Counted from the stretch's first letter, positions 30,060 to 39,733 are shown. The stretch: 64,000 bases of DNA from Candidatus Geocrenenecus huangii (GCA_023254095.1 JALNLM010000003.1:89133-153132); one strand, 5' to 3'. Notes: generated by a model not told the origin, from the sequence alone. Translations and numbers: made by a program.

Positions 30060-32672
30060 TTACTTGGGTTGACCAATAGGCTTCATTCTTCTAGAGAATA
30101 TTGCTGTTAGAGCTACCGCAACAATGAGTATGACCGCAAATACGCCGATGACCTCTACAGGTGTTGTCGCCACGGTTGATACTATTGATGTTGTTTCTAC
30201 GACTGTTTTAGTAACGGTTGCAGGAGCTACTTCATATTTTAATATGTTAAACGATTCAATAGCTTCCGAGACAAATGCTACTTGATCACTGTATGCTCCC
30301 ACTATTAGGTTGTATGTTCCTGGGCCTGTCTCCCACGTAAATCCTTTAGATAGCTTAATCTTGAAAGTTGTTGGGGATACCTTTTCCGCCTCACCAAATA
30401 GTAGGACTTGCCCCGTAGATGGGTTAACTACTAGATATTTTGCTCCAAGTGTCCCAGGTCCTGCTAGCTCCGCGGTGAACGTTACTTCATCTCCAGCTCT
30501 TACATCGCCTACCTTGACATCTATTATTTCTATTTTCTCCGGTTCTCCATAGTACCAGTCTCCAGGCTTGAATGGGTATGTTGGGTCTCTGAAAGCTTTT
30601 AATTCAGCGTACTGGGCTGCAGAATCAAACTTGTTTAGATAGTATGGTCCATTGCTTATCTGCATGTGTCCATGCTCGTTGAACCATGATATCGCTGCAC
30701 GATATCTAGATATTGCCTCGCTCTTGGTAGCATATACTTTGTCTCCAAGCTTGAAGTAGTTCTCGGGAAAGTAATCCTTCTGTACAAATTCATCCAGTAC
30801 ATTTTTTATCATCTCAGCATGATCTCTTAAAACGACTGAAAGCCATGGGACGCCGAGCTTTTCAGCAGTTGTCTGACCGTATGCAGCTTGCTTCTTAGTG
30901 AATACAAGCTCGTTCATGGCGGCCATAAGCTCCCAGGGCGGTGTCTCGCTATAATAAATTGAGTAGTCTATGCCAAGCGGGGAGCCGAATTCAGCAATGT
31001 AGTTCGTGTCAAAGTGCCAGAAGTTTACATATGTCTCCACAGTTTTCTCGTCAACAATCCTTATGCCGACAAACTTGTCAAGTGTAACTTTTACGGTTTC
31101 GGCTATCGCGCTCTCCATCGCAGCTTTATCTTCATCATACGTATTTTCTATCATTGACGCTATATAGAATAGCACGTCGGCGACAGTTATCGGTTGTCCA
31201 TGATGCCACTTCGAGTTAAAGTACCTACTCAGGTCCCACGTAACCTTGCTCGTGGCCTCCTTACCTGCAACAGATACCCATCTATCTTCTTTAGCATCCC
31301 AAGTATAGGTTCCTTCAGGTACTATTAGCTTACCGAATGGGCCAGCTGTCTCAACTTCATAACTTGCTCTAAACGGTATTGGTAGACCTGTGAAAGGATG
31401 TCTATAGATGGGTGAGTCATGGGTTGCTTTTCTTACATCCACGCTGTAGACATCTTGGAATCCTCCAATCCAGTTCCATGTAGTCGTTTCGGTCCAGACC
31501 CATAGATGCCCAAATACTAATGTATCCTTTCCAGGAATCCATGCCTCCCTCATATTCCACGTTCCTCTTAGACCTGTTCCAACATCATTCGTTACACCTC
31601 CTATCTTCGGGTTAAGGATATATGCATCAAGACGTGTTGCAACCCAGAGTCTCACAGAGTCATGGATACACAGCTCGGTCGCCTCTCTATAAAATTTATT
31701 CCTAGTTTCAAGATCTTGGAACTCGCTTAGAGATATCTTCTTCCCTAGAGCATCTATCTCATCGTTAACATAGTTCCAGTACGAGGGGTCTTGCCATCCA
31801 GGCATATATCCAAACCATGGTGCACACATCTGGTTTATCGTTGAAGAATCATATTTCTCCGGTGCGCCTTTGCCCCAAGCTTCTGTATATAGATGCCATT
31901 CGAAATCTTTAGGATCTGTCAAGTACACTTTCTCTATCGCTACACCGAATGGATGATAGAGTCTTTCAACCTCGAAGCCTAGTTTTTCTAAGTCTGTAGC
32001 AATCGCATCTCCTATCTGTCTTCTTTCATCTTCGATTCTTATTATAAACTTTAACTTAACTGGCTGGTCTCCATAATACCATTTACCTTCCCTCATTACC
32101 GCTCCTGCTTTCGTCATAGCTTCTGCAACTAGTTTCTTCGCATATTCTGGGTCATATCTAAAATCATAGTTCTTAACTATGTCGAAGATTGTTATGTAAT
32201 CTGGATCATAAGCACTCAAGAATGTAACCATCGGTGCAGCAAACCCTTTGAATATCTCTTTAGTTATATACTCTCTGTTAACAATATATTGTAGCCCGAT
32301 CCTCACTTCTGGAATAGATAATGGATTCAATTGTCCTGAAGGCGCAGGCGCAGGATTCAATACGATACTATATGATCCAGATGGTGCACTAATCATTTTT
32401 ATTTCAGGCTTCCCCGCTAGTTCTGCAGCGACGGTGGAACGTAGTCCGAAAAGGTAGGCATCGATTTCTCCTGCTTCTAGAGCAGCTGGAGCGACATCGA
32501 GAGCTATAGATTTGTAGATTAATGTTTCAGATGCAGGTCCAGGTTTCGTGTGAGGCGGAACATATTCACTCAAAGTAGGTTGATGAACCTCTGCATACGT
32601 TATCACCGGTGATACCGTCAGCATTAATACTAGCAATACTCCTATCAAGAGAAACTTCTTCATTTCAATCAT
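30060..32672 (-). CDS. Extracellular solute-binding protein, family 5 (oligopeptide-binding OppA-like), archaeal type with C-terminal membrane anchor
   Basis: 870 aa with a signal peptide (MIEMKKFLLIGVLLVLMLTVSPVITYA) and an SBP_bac_5-like core. A T/V-rich stalk (TVTKTVVETTSIVSTVATTPVE) precedes a C-terminal TM helix with basic residues after it. Confidence 0.8.
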   Translation of the reverse strand: MIEMKKFLLIGVLLVLMLTVSPVITYAEVHQPTLSEYVPPHTKPGPASETLIYKSIALDVAPAALEAGEIDAYLFGLRSTVAAELAGKPEIKMISAPSGSYSIVLNPAPAPSGQLNPLSIPEVRIGLQYIVNREYITKEIFKGFAAPMVTFLSAYDPDYITIFDIVKNYDFRYDPEYAKKLVAEAMTKAGAVMREGKWYYGDQPVKLKFIIRIEDERRQIGDAIATDLEKLGFEVERLYHPFGVAIEKVYLTDPKDFEWHLYTEAWGKGAPEKYDSSTINQMCAPWFGYMPGWQDPSYWNYVNDEIDALGKKISLSEFQDLETRNKFYREATELCIHDSVRLWVATRLDAYILNPKIGGVTNDVGTGLRGTWNMREAWIPGKDTLVFGHLWVWTETTTWNWIGGFQDVYSVDVRKATHDSPIYRHPFTGLPIPFRASYEVETAGPFGKLIVPEGTYTWDAKEDRWVSVAGKEATSKVTWDLSRYFNSKWHHGQPITVADVLFYIASMIENTYDEDKAAMESAIAETVKVTLDKFVGIRIVDEKTVETYVNFWHFDTNYIAEFGSPLGIDYSIYYSETPPWELMAAMNELVFTKKQAAYGQTTAEKLGVPWLSVVLRDHAEMIKNVLDEFVQKDYFPENYFKLGDKVYATKSEAISRYRAAISWFNEHGHMQISNGPYYLNKFDSAAQYAELKAFRDPTYPFKPGDWYYGEPEKIEIIDVKVGDVRAGDEVTFTAELAGPGTLGAKYLVVNPSTGQVLLFGEAEKVSPTTFKIKLSKGFTWETGPGTYNLIVGAYSDQVAFVSEAIESFNILKYEVAPATVTKTVVETTSIVSTVATTPVEVIGVFAVILIVAVALTAIFSRRMKPIGQPK

Positions 32673-32974
32673 AGACTAGGGAGACTGGTAAATAAAGCTT
32701 ATTAAAATACAAGTACTGATAAGTCCATATTAAGAAGCACTACCATTTGAACGACCTCATAATAGAAAACTTGTTTATTAAAATTATTATGACATTCTCG
32801 AGAATGCATGATGAATTATTAACGCGAGATACAATTGGAAAAATGAATGTTTACCTTTCTATGATGTCTCTTTCTCCTCCGTATGTGTGGCTCTTAATGG
32901 AAAAAATCAGTCTACCCATGATATAAGACGATATTATTGCTTTAATATTTGTTTATCCTATATTTTGATCGCCC

Positions 32975-33688
32975 CTAAAGTTTTAACTTCTTTCTCGCGA
33001 TGTTTATCTCTTTTATGCTATTGTCTTTTTCACCGATTATGATCTTGTCTGCTAGTTTGGGGAATAAGCCTGTCTCGAGTATTCCAGCTATAGATCTTAG
33101 AAGATTGTCTAGTCCTTCCGGATCTTCTATCTCTCCTGCATCTACATCCCCCAACAAGTTTCCATTCTCACTTATCACTGGGCCGATCTTACCAGTTGAT
33201 TCTCTTAGTTTTAGAATAAGCTTCATCTGAGTTAGAACCCTGTTAACGTGAGGATAGGCTTCTTTCAGTATCTCGAGGGGTACTGGGATACTTAATCTTT
33301 CTACGAGTTTTAGGTAGTCTGCTACGAAGATCACTTTTTTGGATGCCTGTGCAACTACCTTCTCCATCAACATCGCTCCACCACCTCCCTTGATAACGTT
33401 TCCATCCTTATCCGATTGGTCGAAGCTATCTATGGTTAAGTCAGGTTGCGGATACTCGTAAAGGCTGGAGACTCGAAGTCCATTCTCCAAGAGGAGCTGT
33501 CTAGACTGAAGAGACGTTGGTATAAAGATAAGGTCCATCTCTTTCTCCTGAACTTTCTTCTTGATGTAGCCAACCGCTTGAGCCATGGTTGTACCAGTTC
33601 CAAAAGCTATAACCATTCCATCTTCAATATACTCTAAAGCTTTTAGGATAGATGCCTCTCTAGCTTTCTTCACTTCTTCTGAGATCAT
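32975..33688 (-). CDS. rpiA: Ribose-5-phosphate isomerase A
   Basis: 237 aa with the RpiA motifs GTGTT (near the N-terminus) and KGGGGA. Confidence 0.8.
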   Translation of the reverse strand: MISEEVKKAREASILKALEYIEDGMVIAFGTGTTMAQAVGYIKKKVQEKEMDLIFIPTSLQSRQLLLENGLRVSSLYEYPQPDLTIDSFDQSDKDGNVIKGGGGAMLMEKVVAQASKKVIFVADYLKLVERLSIPVPLEILKEAYPHVNRVLTQMKLILKLRESTGKIGPVISENGNLLGDVDAGEIEDPEGLDNLLRSIAGILETGLFPKLADKIIIGEKDNSIKEINIARKKLKL

Positions 33689-34102
33689 CTATCATACTTA
33701 CCACATTCTTCCTCAAAAACTCTTTACTCACGTATTAAGTCCTAGAAGTTTCTAAATTCCCCGAGTCCTCGGACTCTCCTTTATCTATGGCCGTCCAGAA
33801 GATTAATTAAATTATGAACTAACTGGGGAATAGACTTCAAGAAAAGGCCCAAACCTAGGAATAGGATAGAAGACACTTAGTATAAGGCCGCAATGGTTGT
33901 TTAAAGGCTCCTTCAATGGAAGCGACACCACAATCAATTCTACATACATGGCTGCGGTTTTTGCCTCACATGTTGACTAACCTATATAATGGATAATTAT
34001 AAATCATCAATGCATCGATGTTTCATTTAACCTAATTTTGTTAGCTTGAATCGATTTCACTATCGTTTGTAAAAAAATATTATGTGAAACTAGTCGTATA
34101 AA

Positions 34103-34960
34103 CTAAAGGATATAATGAATTATTAAGGCTGCTGTGAGTGCTAGAATTAGAGGTATTGGTAGTCCGGGCAGTTGCCTCCTCTTGTTTAGCGTGTACAGCA
34201 CTATGATGTATCCTACTAGAATCGAGGCTGTCGAAGTAATCGCAGAAGCGATTCCGTAATTGAAGAGTATCGCTGATATCGTGAGAGAGTAGAAGAAGAG
34301 ATCTCCAAGCCCTAGAGCTATATCACCTACCTCGACAACCAGTCCTCTCAGTAATGGTGCATCAGACTTAGAAATAGATGATAGATGACCCTTGAAGACT
34401 GCGACTACATCATATATAGAGATACCAATGATAAGTATCAGGAATGTCCAGTATGGTATGCTTACGCCTAGTATGCAGCCTGCGCCCGAAGCGATAAATG
34501 AAGCTGAAATAGATGACTTGAGCTCCCCTCCCTTCAATGTAAAGTATGTGATCAATGATGCTAAGATAACCGAATAGACGAGTAAAGCCTCACTTACAGA
34601 GATTCCGAAAAACACCATGCCTAAGAACAGGTACAGCATCGATATCCCGAAAGACACGATCCATATCAAAACGTATAACAAGCTCTTAAATAGTTTAGGC
34701 ATCTTCCTAGCAATGTATAGTAGAACCACTCCAGCTATGGATATGATGACCATTATTAACAGGGTATTGAGGTATGGTGCAGGATTTACTAAGGCTTCAG
34801 AAGGAGGCACTGTAGGCTCAGGCTCTTCTAGGGGTGTAATAAATGGTCTATCAGGCTTAACATTGAGAGAGTGCACAATATATGAGAAGAACCATGTTAA
34901 ACATATTGTAAACAGGACGGGGACATAGTTCAATAAATTACTTATCCTAGCAGTCTCCAA
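34103..34960 (-). CDS. Presenilin/signal-peptide-peptidase-like intramembrane aspartyl protease (A22 family, archaeal PSH-like)
   Basis: A polytopic membrane protein with YD (ISIYDVVAVF) and GLGD (IALGLGDLFFYS) catalytic motifs in consecutive TM helices, and a Pro-rich C-terminal helix (LPGLPIPLIL). Confidence 0.55.
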   Translation of the reverse strand: METARISNLLNYVPVLFTICLTWFFSYIVHSLNVKPDRPFITPLEEPEPTVPPSEALVNPAPYLNTLLIMVIISIAGVVLLYIARKMPKLFKSLLYVLIWIVSFGISMLYLFLGMVFFGISVSEALLVYSVILASLITYFTLKGGELKSSISASFIASGAGCILGVSIPYWTFLILIIGISIYDVVAVFKGHLSSISKSDAPLLRGLVVEVGDIALGLGDLFFYSLTISAILFNYGIASAITSTASILVGYIIVLYTLNKRRQLPGLPIPLILALTAALIIHYIL

Positions 34961-35050
34961 CTCAATCGTAACTAGGTAAGGTCAAGAATAAAAACCATTA
35001 CATTGGAAAACTTAATTAGAAAACTAAAATAAGATTCTTAGTGAATAACT

Positions 35051-35437
35051 ATGAAATATAGATTGATGGATCTACTTGCATGCCCGATCTGTAAGAAGTT
35101 TCCCCTCGAGCTGAAAGTATTCACAGAATCCAGTATCCAGCCTCCCCAGAAGATCAGTAGATGCGAGCTATACTGCGCTTACCATAACATAGAGATCTCC
35201 AGCAACGTGCCCACAGACTGCTCAAAATGCTACAGCATCGAGATAAGAGATGGAATAATAATATGTAGCAATTGTGGAAGATGGTATCCGATAGAGGAAG
35301 AAATACCGAGAATGCTGCCGGACGAACTTAGAAAAAGAAATGAAGATGTAGGCTTTCTAAGTAAATGGAGATCAAGAATACCTGAGAAGATCTTGCTGGA
35401 AGGTAAACCATTCTCCCTAATATCCCAAAAAACCTAG
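35051..35437 (+). CDS. Trm112-like zinc-ribbon protein with a Cys-rich insertion
   Basis: The N-terminal LLACPICKKFPLEL and C-terminal CSNCGRWYPIEEEIPRMLPDE match the Trm112/DUF343 pattern. An internal CELYCAYH...CSKC segment forms an extra zinc knuckle. Confidence 0.5.
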   Translation: MKYRLMDLLACPICKKFPLELKVFTESSIQPPQKISRCELYCAYHNIEISSNVPTDCSKCYSIEIRDGIIICSNCGRWYPIEEEIPRMLPDELRKRNEDVGFLSKWRSRIPEKILLEGKPFSLISQKT

Positions 35438-35593
35438 ACGAGCATAAAAAACCGTGTAAAGACAGTACTATAGGAGTCTGGGAGGCTTACCATACATTTA
35501 ATTAATCAAAAACAATGAGAGGCACTATTTATAAGGTAAAGGTTTTTTAGGAGTTTTAACCTTAACATCCTCGTATAACTGAGGGGATAATAG

Positions 35594-35917
35594 ATGAGCG
35601 TAGGACCATCCGGCGAGGCCGTAATCTTGGTGGGAAGAAAACCAACCATGAACTATGTTCTTGCAACGACTCTACCATTGACTGAAGGAAGAAAAGTCGT
35701 ACTAAAAGCACGTGGAAGAGCAATAAGCAAAGCTGTGGACGTAGTTGAAGTAGTTAGGAGAAGATTCATCCATGAAGCACAAGTAGAGAATGTTAAGATT
35801 GGGACAGAGGAAGGCAGAGTTGGAAATGACGGGAGACCGAGAAACGTCAGCATCATCGAAATAGTCTTAGCACCACCAACTTCTACAGCATCCTCAACAT
35901 CCAGCAAGAAGAAGTAA
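35594..35917 (+). CDS. albA: Alba (Sso10b) chromatin/RNA-binding protein with a Ser/Thr-rich, Lys-terminated C-terminal tail
   Basis: It shows strong similarity to the Alba consensus (ILVGRKPTMNYVLA...KARGRAISKAVDVVEVVRRRF). It carries an extra tail, APPTSTASSTSSKKK. Confidence 0.85.
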   Translation: MSVGPSGEAVILVGRKPTMNYVLATTLPLTEGRKVVLKARGRAISKAVDVVEVVRRRFIHEAQVENVKIGTEEGRVGNDGRPRNVSIIEIVLAPPTSTASSTSSKKK

Positions 35918-35999
35918 AGAACCACCCTTACCTTATTTATTTTTGACAAAGTTCTCTTTAATATCTAAAATTTATAGGTAAAGAATGAACATTTATTAA

Positions 36000-36440
36000 A
36001 TGCCGAGACGTAGCCGACAAGAGAATATGAATGGATCAGATTCTTCTGAAAAGCCTTTAGTAGTTTTTCTCTTAGCATTAGTATCCGGGTTGTTGATGAG
36101 TGTTGTAAGCGTTTACGGTTTACTCATGTGGCTCTTCACACCCTATGTTGGCTGGGGTCAGCCGATGTATAGGCCGATGTGGTGCCCAATGTGTGGATGG
36201 ATGATGGGCTGGGTTGACTGGGATTTCTTTATACCATTCATCGTATTAACTCTGGCATCTGGAATAATGATTCTCCTAAGTGGTTATATGGCCTATATGC
36301 ATCCTCAAAACATACAACTTTGGGGGATAGTAATAGTCATCTTCTCAGTGCTGAGCTTATTGGGTAGCCGAGGCTTCATAGTAGGAGCGATCCTTGGACT
36401 AGTTTCAGGAATACTTGCGTTAACATGGAAGAAGATTTAG
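36000..36440 (+). CDS. Hypothetical integral membrane protein (Trp/Met-rich, ~4 TM)
   Basis: It has hydrophobic helices and an unusual MWCPMCGWMMGWVDWDF segment. No family is recognised, and the start may be the internal ATG. Confidence 0.35.
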   Translation: MPRRSRQENMNGSDSSEKPLVVFLLALVSGLLMSVVSVYGLLMWLFTPYVGWGQPMYRPMWCPMCGWMMGWVDWDFFIPFIVLTLASGIMILLSGYMAYMHPQNIQLWGIVIVIFSVLSLLGSRGFIVGAILGLVSGILALTWKKI

Positions 36441-36509
36441 ACGACATACTATAGGAAAAACGATCGTCAGTTTATATACTCGAGGCGATATAAGATTTAT
36501 GATGTATTT

Positions 36510-37373
36510 ATGGATGTCATCGAGGTCGATGAAGAATTTGTTAGGAAAGTTATCAAGCCTAGAAAAGCTTCATCGCATAAAGGTCAGAATGGCGTAGTGC
36601 TGGTGATTGGGGGCAGCTGGCTATATCACGGTGCGCCATTTCTATCTGCTATGGCTGCTTTAAGGTCTGGAGTAGACTTAGCCTACATAGCTACACCTGA
36701 AAAAACCGCGATATCTATTAGAGCGCTATCGCCGAATGTTATAGTTATACCTTTAACAGATTTGAAGCTTACTAGAGGTAGTTCGAGAAGGATAATGAAT
36801 ATTCTCCCATCAGTTGATTCAATCGTAATCGGTCCTGGGCTTGCTGAAGGAAGTGAGAAGGGAATAGAATATGTAATTCGGGAAGCTTTGGCCCTAGACA
36901 AGAAGCTCGTCCTGGATGCTACGGCACTATACTCTGGAGTACTTCAAAGAATCTCGGGGAGAAAAGTTGTTATGACACCTCACGCAGGAGAATTTAAAAG
37001 AGTCTTCAGAGAAGAATTGAGTATAGAATTGTATGGGCGGATCAACAAGGTAAAGGAGAAGGCTTCAGAACATAAAGTAACTATACTCTTGAAAGGAATG
37101 ATAGACATCATCTCGGATGGAGAGAAGATAGCCATAAACAAGACTGGAACCCCGGCGATGACGACCGGTGGAACAGGAGATGTGTTAACGGGTATCGTAG
37201 CAGCTCTACTAGCTAAAGGTTCAGAACCGTTCGAGGCTGCAGCCGCAGGTGCATGGATTAATGGGAGAGCAGGTGAAGAAGCCGCCTCAATATACGGGCT
37301 ACATATAACAGCTACAGATGTTGTAGAAAATATTCCAAAGGCAATGAAGCCCTTCGATTTTTTAGTTGACTAG
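36510..37373 (+). CDS. ADP-dependent NAD(P)H-hydrate dehydratase (YjeF C-terminal / Nnr2 carbohydrate-kinase-like)
   Basis: It has GQNGVVLVIGGSWLYHGAPFLSAMAALRSGVDL and the C-terminal TGGTGDVLTGIVAALLAKG motif. Confidence 0.8.
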   Translation: MDVIEVDEEFVRKVIKPRKASSHKGQNGVVLVIGGSWLYHGAPFLSAMAALRSGVDLAYIATPEKTAISIRALSPNVIVIPLTDLKLTRGSSRRIMNILPSVDSIVIGPGLAEGSEKGIEYVIREALALDKKLVLDATALYSGVLQRISGRKVVMTPHAGEFKRVFREELSIELYGRINKVKEKASEHKVTILLKGMIDIISDGEKIAINKTGTPAMTTGGTGDVLTGIVAALLAKGSEPFEAAAAGAWINGRAGEEAASIYGLHITATDVVENIPKAMKPFDFLVD

Positions 37374-37375
37374 CC

Positions 37376-38116
37376 ATGATTGGGGAAACATTCCTATTTG
37401 CTAGGATAAGCCTGATCTCTGCAACACTACTCTACACATCATATCTTGATTGGAAGTATCGAGAAGTAGATGATAAAGTCTGGATACTATCAGGCATAAT
37501 AGCTACAGCTTTAACGATTCTCGACATACTTTATGGATGGTCTACGGATAAGCTATTCCTCTCTCTACTTTCTATAGGTTTTTCAAGTGGTTTGGCATTC
37601 GGATTCTATTTCTTAGGATTTTACGGTGGAGCAGACGCTAAAGCCATTCTCCTAGTGTCTATAGGTCTCCCATTATATCAAGGTAGAAGTATTCATCCAT
37701 TTACTGGTTTATCAACTCTAACAAACGGTCTACTATTCTCTCTAATCCTCCCTCTCGCTATTCTCATATACAATTTAACCCAGCTAATTAGAGGAAGAAA
37801 TATCTTCGAAGGATTCGACTGTGAATCACATCTAAGAAAATTTCTCGCACTATTCTTCGGTGTAAGATTAAAGAATGCTAAGAATAAGAAATTCTGGTTC
37901 ATCATGGAGGAAAAAAATCATGTTAGGAGATTCAAGTTCGGGTTATTTTCTTTAGAGCTTTCAGAGATAGATAGAGATGATGTATGGGCTACGCCCGGGA
38001 TACCGCTCCTAATATTCATTACAGCCGGGTTCATCCACTACATATTTCTAGGAGACCTATCCTATACATTCTTTAAAACGTTGTTCCAAGCAATGAATCT
38101 AAAAATATATGATTAA
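37376..38116 (+). CDS. Archaeal type IV prepilin/preflagellin peptidase (A24 family, PibD/FlaK-like)
   Basis: The two catalytic Asp motifs lie in YLDWKYREVDDKVW and GFYGGADAKA. The protein is polytopic. Confidence 0.7.
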   Translation: MIGETFLFARISLISATLLYTSYLDWKYREVDDKVWILSGIIATALTILDILYGWSTDKLFLSLLSIGFSSGLAFGFYFLGFYGGADAKAILLVSIGLPLYQGRSIHPFTGLSTLTNGLLFSLILPLAILIYNLTQLIRGRNIFEGFDCESHLRKFLALFFGVRLKNAKNKKFWFIMEEKNHVRRFKFGLFSLELSEIDRDDVWATPGIPLLIFITAGFIHYIFLGDLSYTFFKTLFQAMNLKIYD

Positions 38117-38259
38117 GAAGAAGTTCGACCAGAATAGAATTCCTAGAATACAAGAATCAAGATCAAGAACATCCATATTATTATCTTGAAGAATTTTAAC
38201 TTAAATGCTCAGTAAGTTTAATTAATAAGTGGATATAGCTATAGTTTAGTAGAAGGGAC

Positions 38260-38589
38260 ATGGAGTTCTGTCCGAAGTGCGGCAAAGTCATGGTGTTAAA
38301 GAAGAAATCAAATAACTCTATTCTGGTCTGTCCAAAATGTGGATATGAGAAGAAAGCAGAAGAAGTCATAGTGACAAACCTTTCAAAGAAGCGTTCTAAA
38401 CCTAACCTAGTCATGATAGAAGAGAGTGAAGGAGAGAAAGTTCTACCAACGACTAGTGACGTTGTATGCCCTAAATGTGGGAATAAAGAAGCTTATTGGT
38501 GGTCTATACAAACGAGAGCCGCCGACGAGCCCATGACTTTATTCTTTAGATGCACAAAATGTAATCATACCTGGAGAGAATACGGCTAA
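38260..38589 (+). CDS. tfs: Transcription factor S / RNA polymerase subunit M (TFIIS-type zinc ribbon)
   Basis: It has an N-terminal CPKCG...CPKCG zinc ribbon and a C-terminal CPKCGNKEAYWWSIQTRAADEPMTLFFRCTKCNHTW with the acidic hairpin (RAADEP variant of RSADE). Confidence 0.8.
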   Translation: MEFCPKCGKVMVLKKKSNNSILVCPKCGYEKKAEEVIVTNLSKKRSKPNLVMIEESEGEKVLPTTSDVVCPKCGNKEAYWWSIQTRAADEPMTLFFRCTKCNHTWREYG

Positions 38590-38590
38590 G

Positions 38591-39334
38591 CTACCTTGAC
38601 AGAATATAGTATTTTTTGCAACCAGATTTTAAAGGTAGTCTTGAAAATTCTTCTTCACTCCCTATCAGCGAAAATAAACCGACTATTTCTACATTCTTCT
38701 TTTCAAGTATTTCAATAAGCTTGCCGAAGAATACACTCTCCGGAATATTAGTTGAGATCATAAGTATGCTCTCCCTCTTCTTGATTTGGTTAAAATAGAC
38801 CCAGTAACATATTGACCATATGGATTCTGAATCATTTAAGATTATAGTAAAGAATTCATGGCTATCTGCAGGTATGGGCTCTCTAGTTATTATATAGAAA
38901 TGACGTGAGGTAATAGTAGATAGATATGATGTTAATGGAATACTTAATAAGTCTAAAGCCATAAAAGACGTAATTTTCATTCCGGCAAATTCGTTTACAA
39001 TATGTGCTCCGATAATCTTAATCATACTCGGGTTAAACATTATCTTAGAAACATCAATTATACCCCCATCTTTAGTAAACTGGGATATGAGAGATGACGT
39101 ATTCAGGTTCAATATAAGATTCTTTAACAATCGTCTAGCCTTACTACCCTTAGGGATAGTCTTACCTGTTAAATATCTTGTAAGCGTAGAAACGGGAATA
39201 CCCGTCAAGTTAGAAAGCTTCCTATAATTATATCTATCTTTAAGAACCTTAAGCAGATCAACCGCAATGTGACTAACCCCATTATCAATACTAAATAATT
39301 CTCTACTAAAATTTCTACTGGTAGACATAACCAA
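38591..39334 (-). CDS. Hypothetical protein with an N-terminal HTH-like segment and a possible degenerate PRTase-like C-terminal domain
   Basis: LSNLTGIPVSTLTRYLTGK resembles an HTH motif. The C-terminal alternating beta/alpha pattern lacks a clear PRPP loop. This is a tentative call. Confidence 0.3.
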   Translation of the reverse strand: MVMSTSRNFSRELFSIDNGVSHIAVDLLKVLKDRYNYRKLSNLTGIPVSTLTRYLTGKTIPKGSKARRLLKNLILNLNTSSLISQFTKDGGIIDVSKIMFNPSMIKIIGAHIVNEFAGMKITSFMALDLLSIPLTSYLSTITSRHFYIITREPIPADSHEFFTIILNDSESIWSICYWVYFNQIKKRESILMISTNIPESVFFGKLIEILEKKNVEIVGLFSLIGSEEEFSRLPLKSGCKKYYILSR

Positions 39335-39546
39335 TAGATTATCTTTTGAATAATCAATAGATAAACGTTATATCTCTAGAACCATAGAAATAATACCCAG
39401 AAGAATATAGAAAGAAATATGGTAAAAAATACTTAATAAAATCAACTGAAACTATTTTTCACCAAACGATACAGGCACAGTCTTCATCTGTAGGAGGGTC
39501 ATCATCAAGATCTACCATGTTCAGATATTAAATAAATGCAAATGAG

Positions 39547-39634
39547 CGGGCCCGGAGGGACTTGAACCCTCGACCTCCGGCTTTCTCCTAATGTTCCGAA
39601 GGCCGGCGCCATATCCATTCTAGGCTACGGGCCC
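39547..39634 (-). tRNA. tRNA-Arg (anticodon TCG) with a 13-nt intron at 37/38
   Basis: The minus-strand read is GGGCCCG-TA-GCC..GGC-G-CCGGC-CTTCGG[AACATTAGGAGAA]A-GCCGG-AGGTC-GAGGGTTCAAGTCCCTC-CGGGCCC-G. It has a TTCAAGT T-loop and a 7-bp acceptor stem. Confidence 0.6.
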
Positions 39635-39733
39635 GGATACATTATGTATTTTTCTTCTTATTATTGCTTGTGGACTAGGCTTCAAATATTAATATTAACG
39701 TTGTTTTCAATTAATGCGAGGTGTGTTTAGGCT

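Noticed and set aside
35051-35437. Cys-rich small protein as a candidate RING E3 for the ubiquitin module
   Set aside because: The sequence matches the Trm112 zinc-ribbon pattern rather than a C3HC4 RING. It also lies about 25 kb from the ubiquitin/E2 genes.
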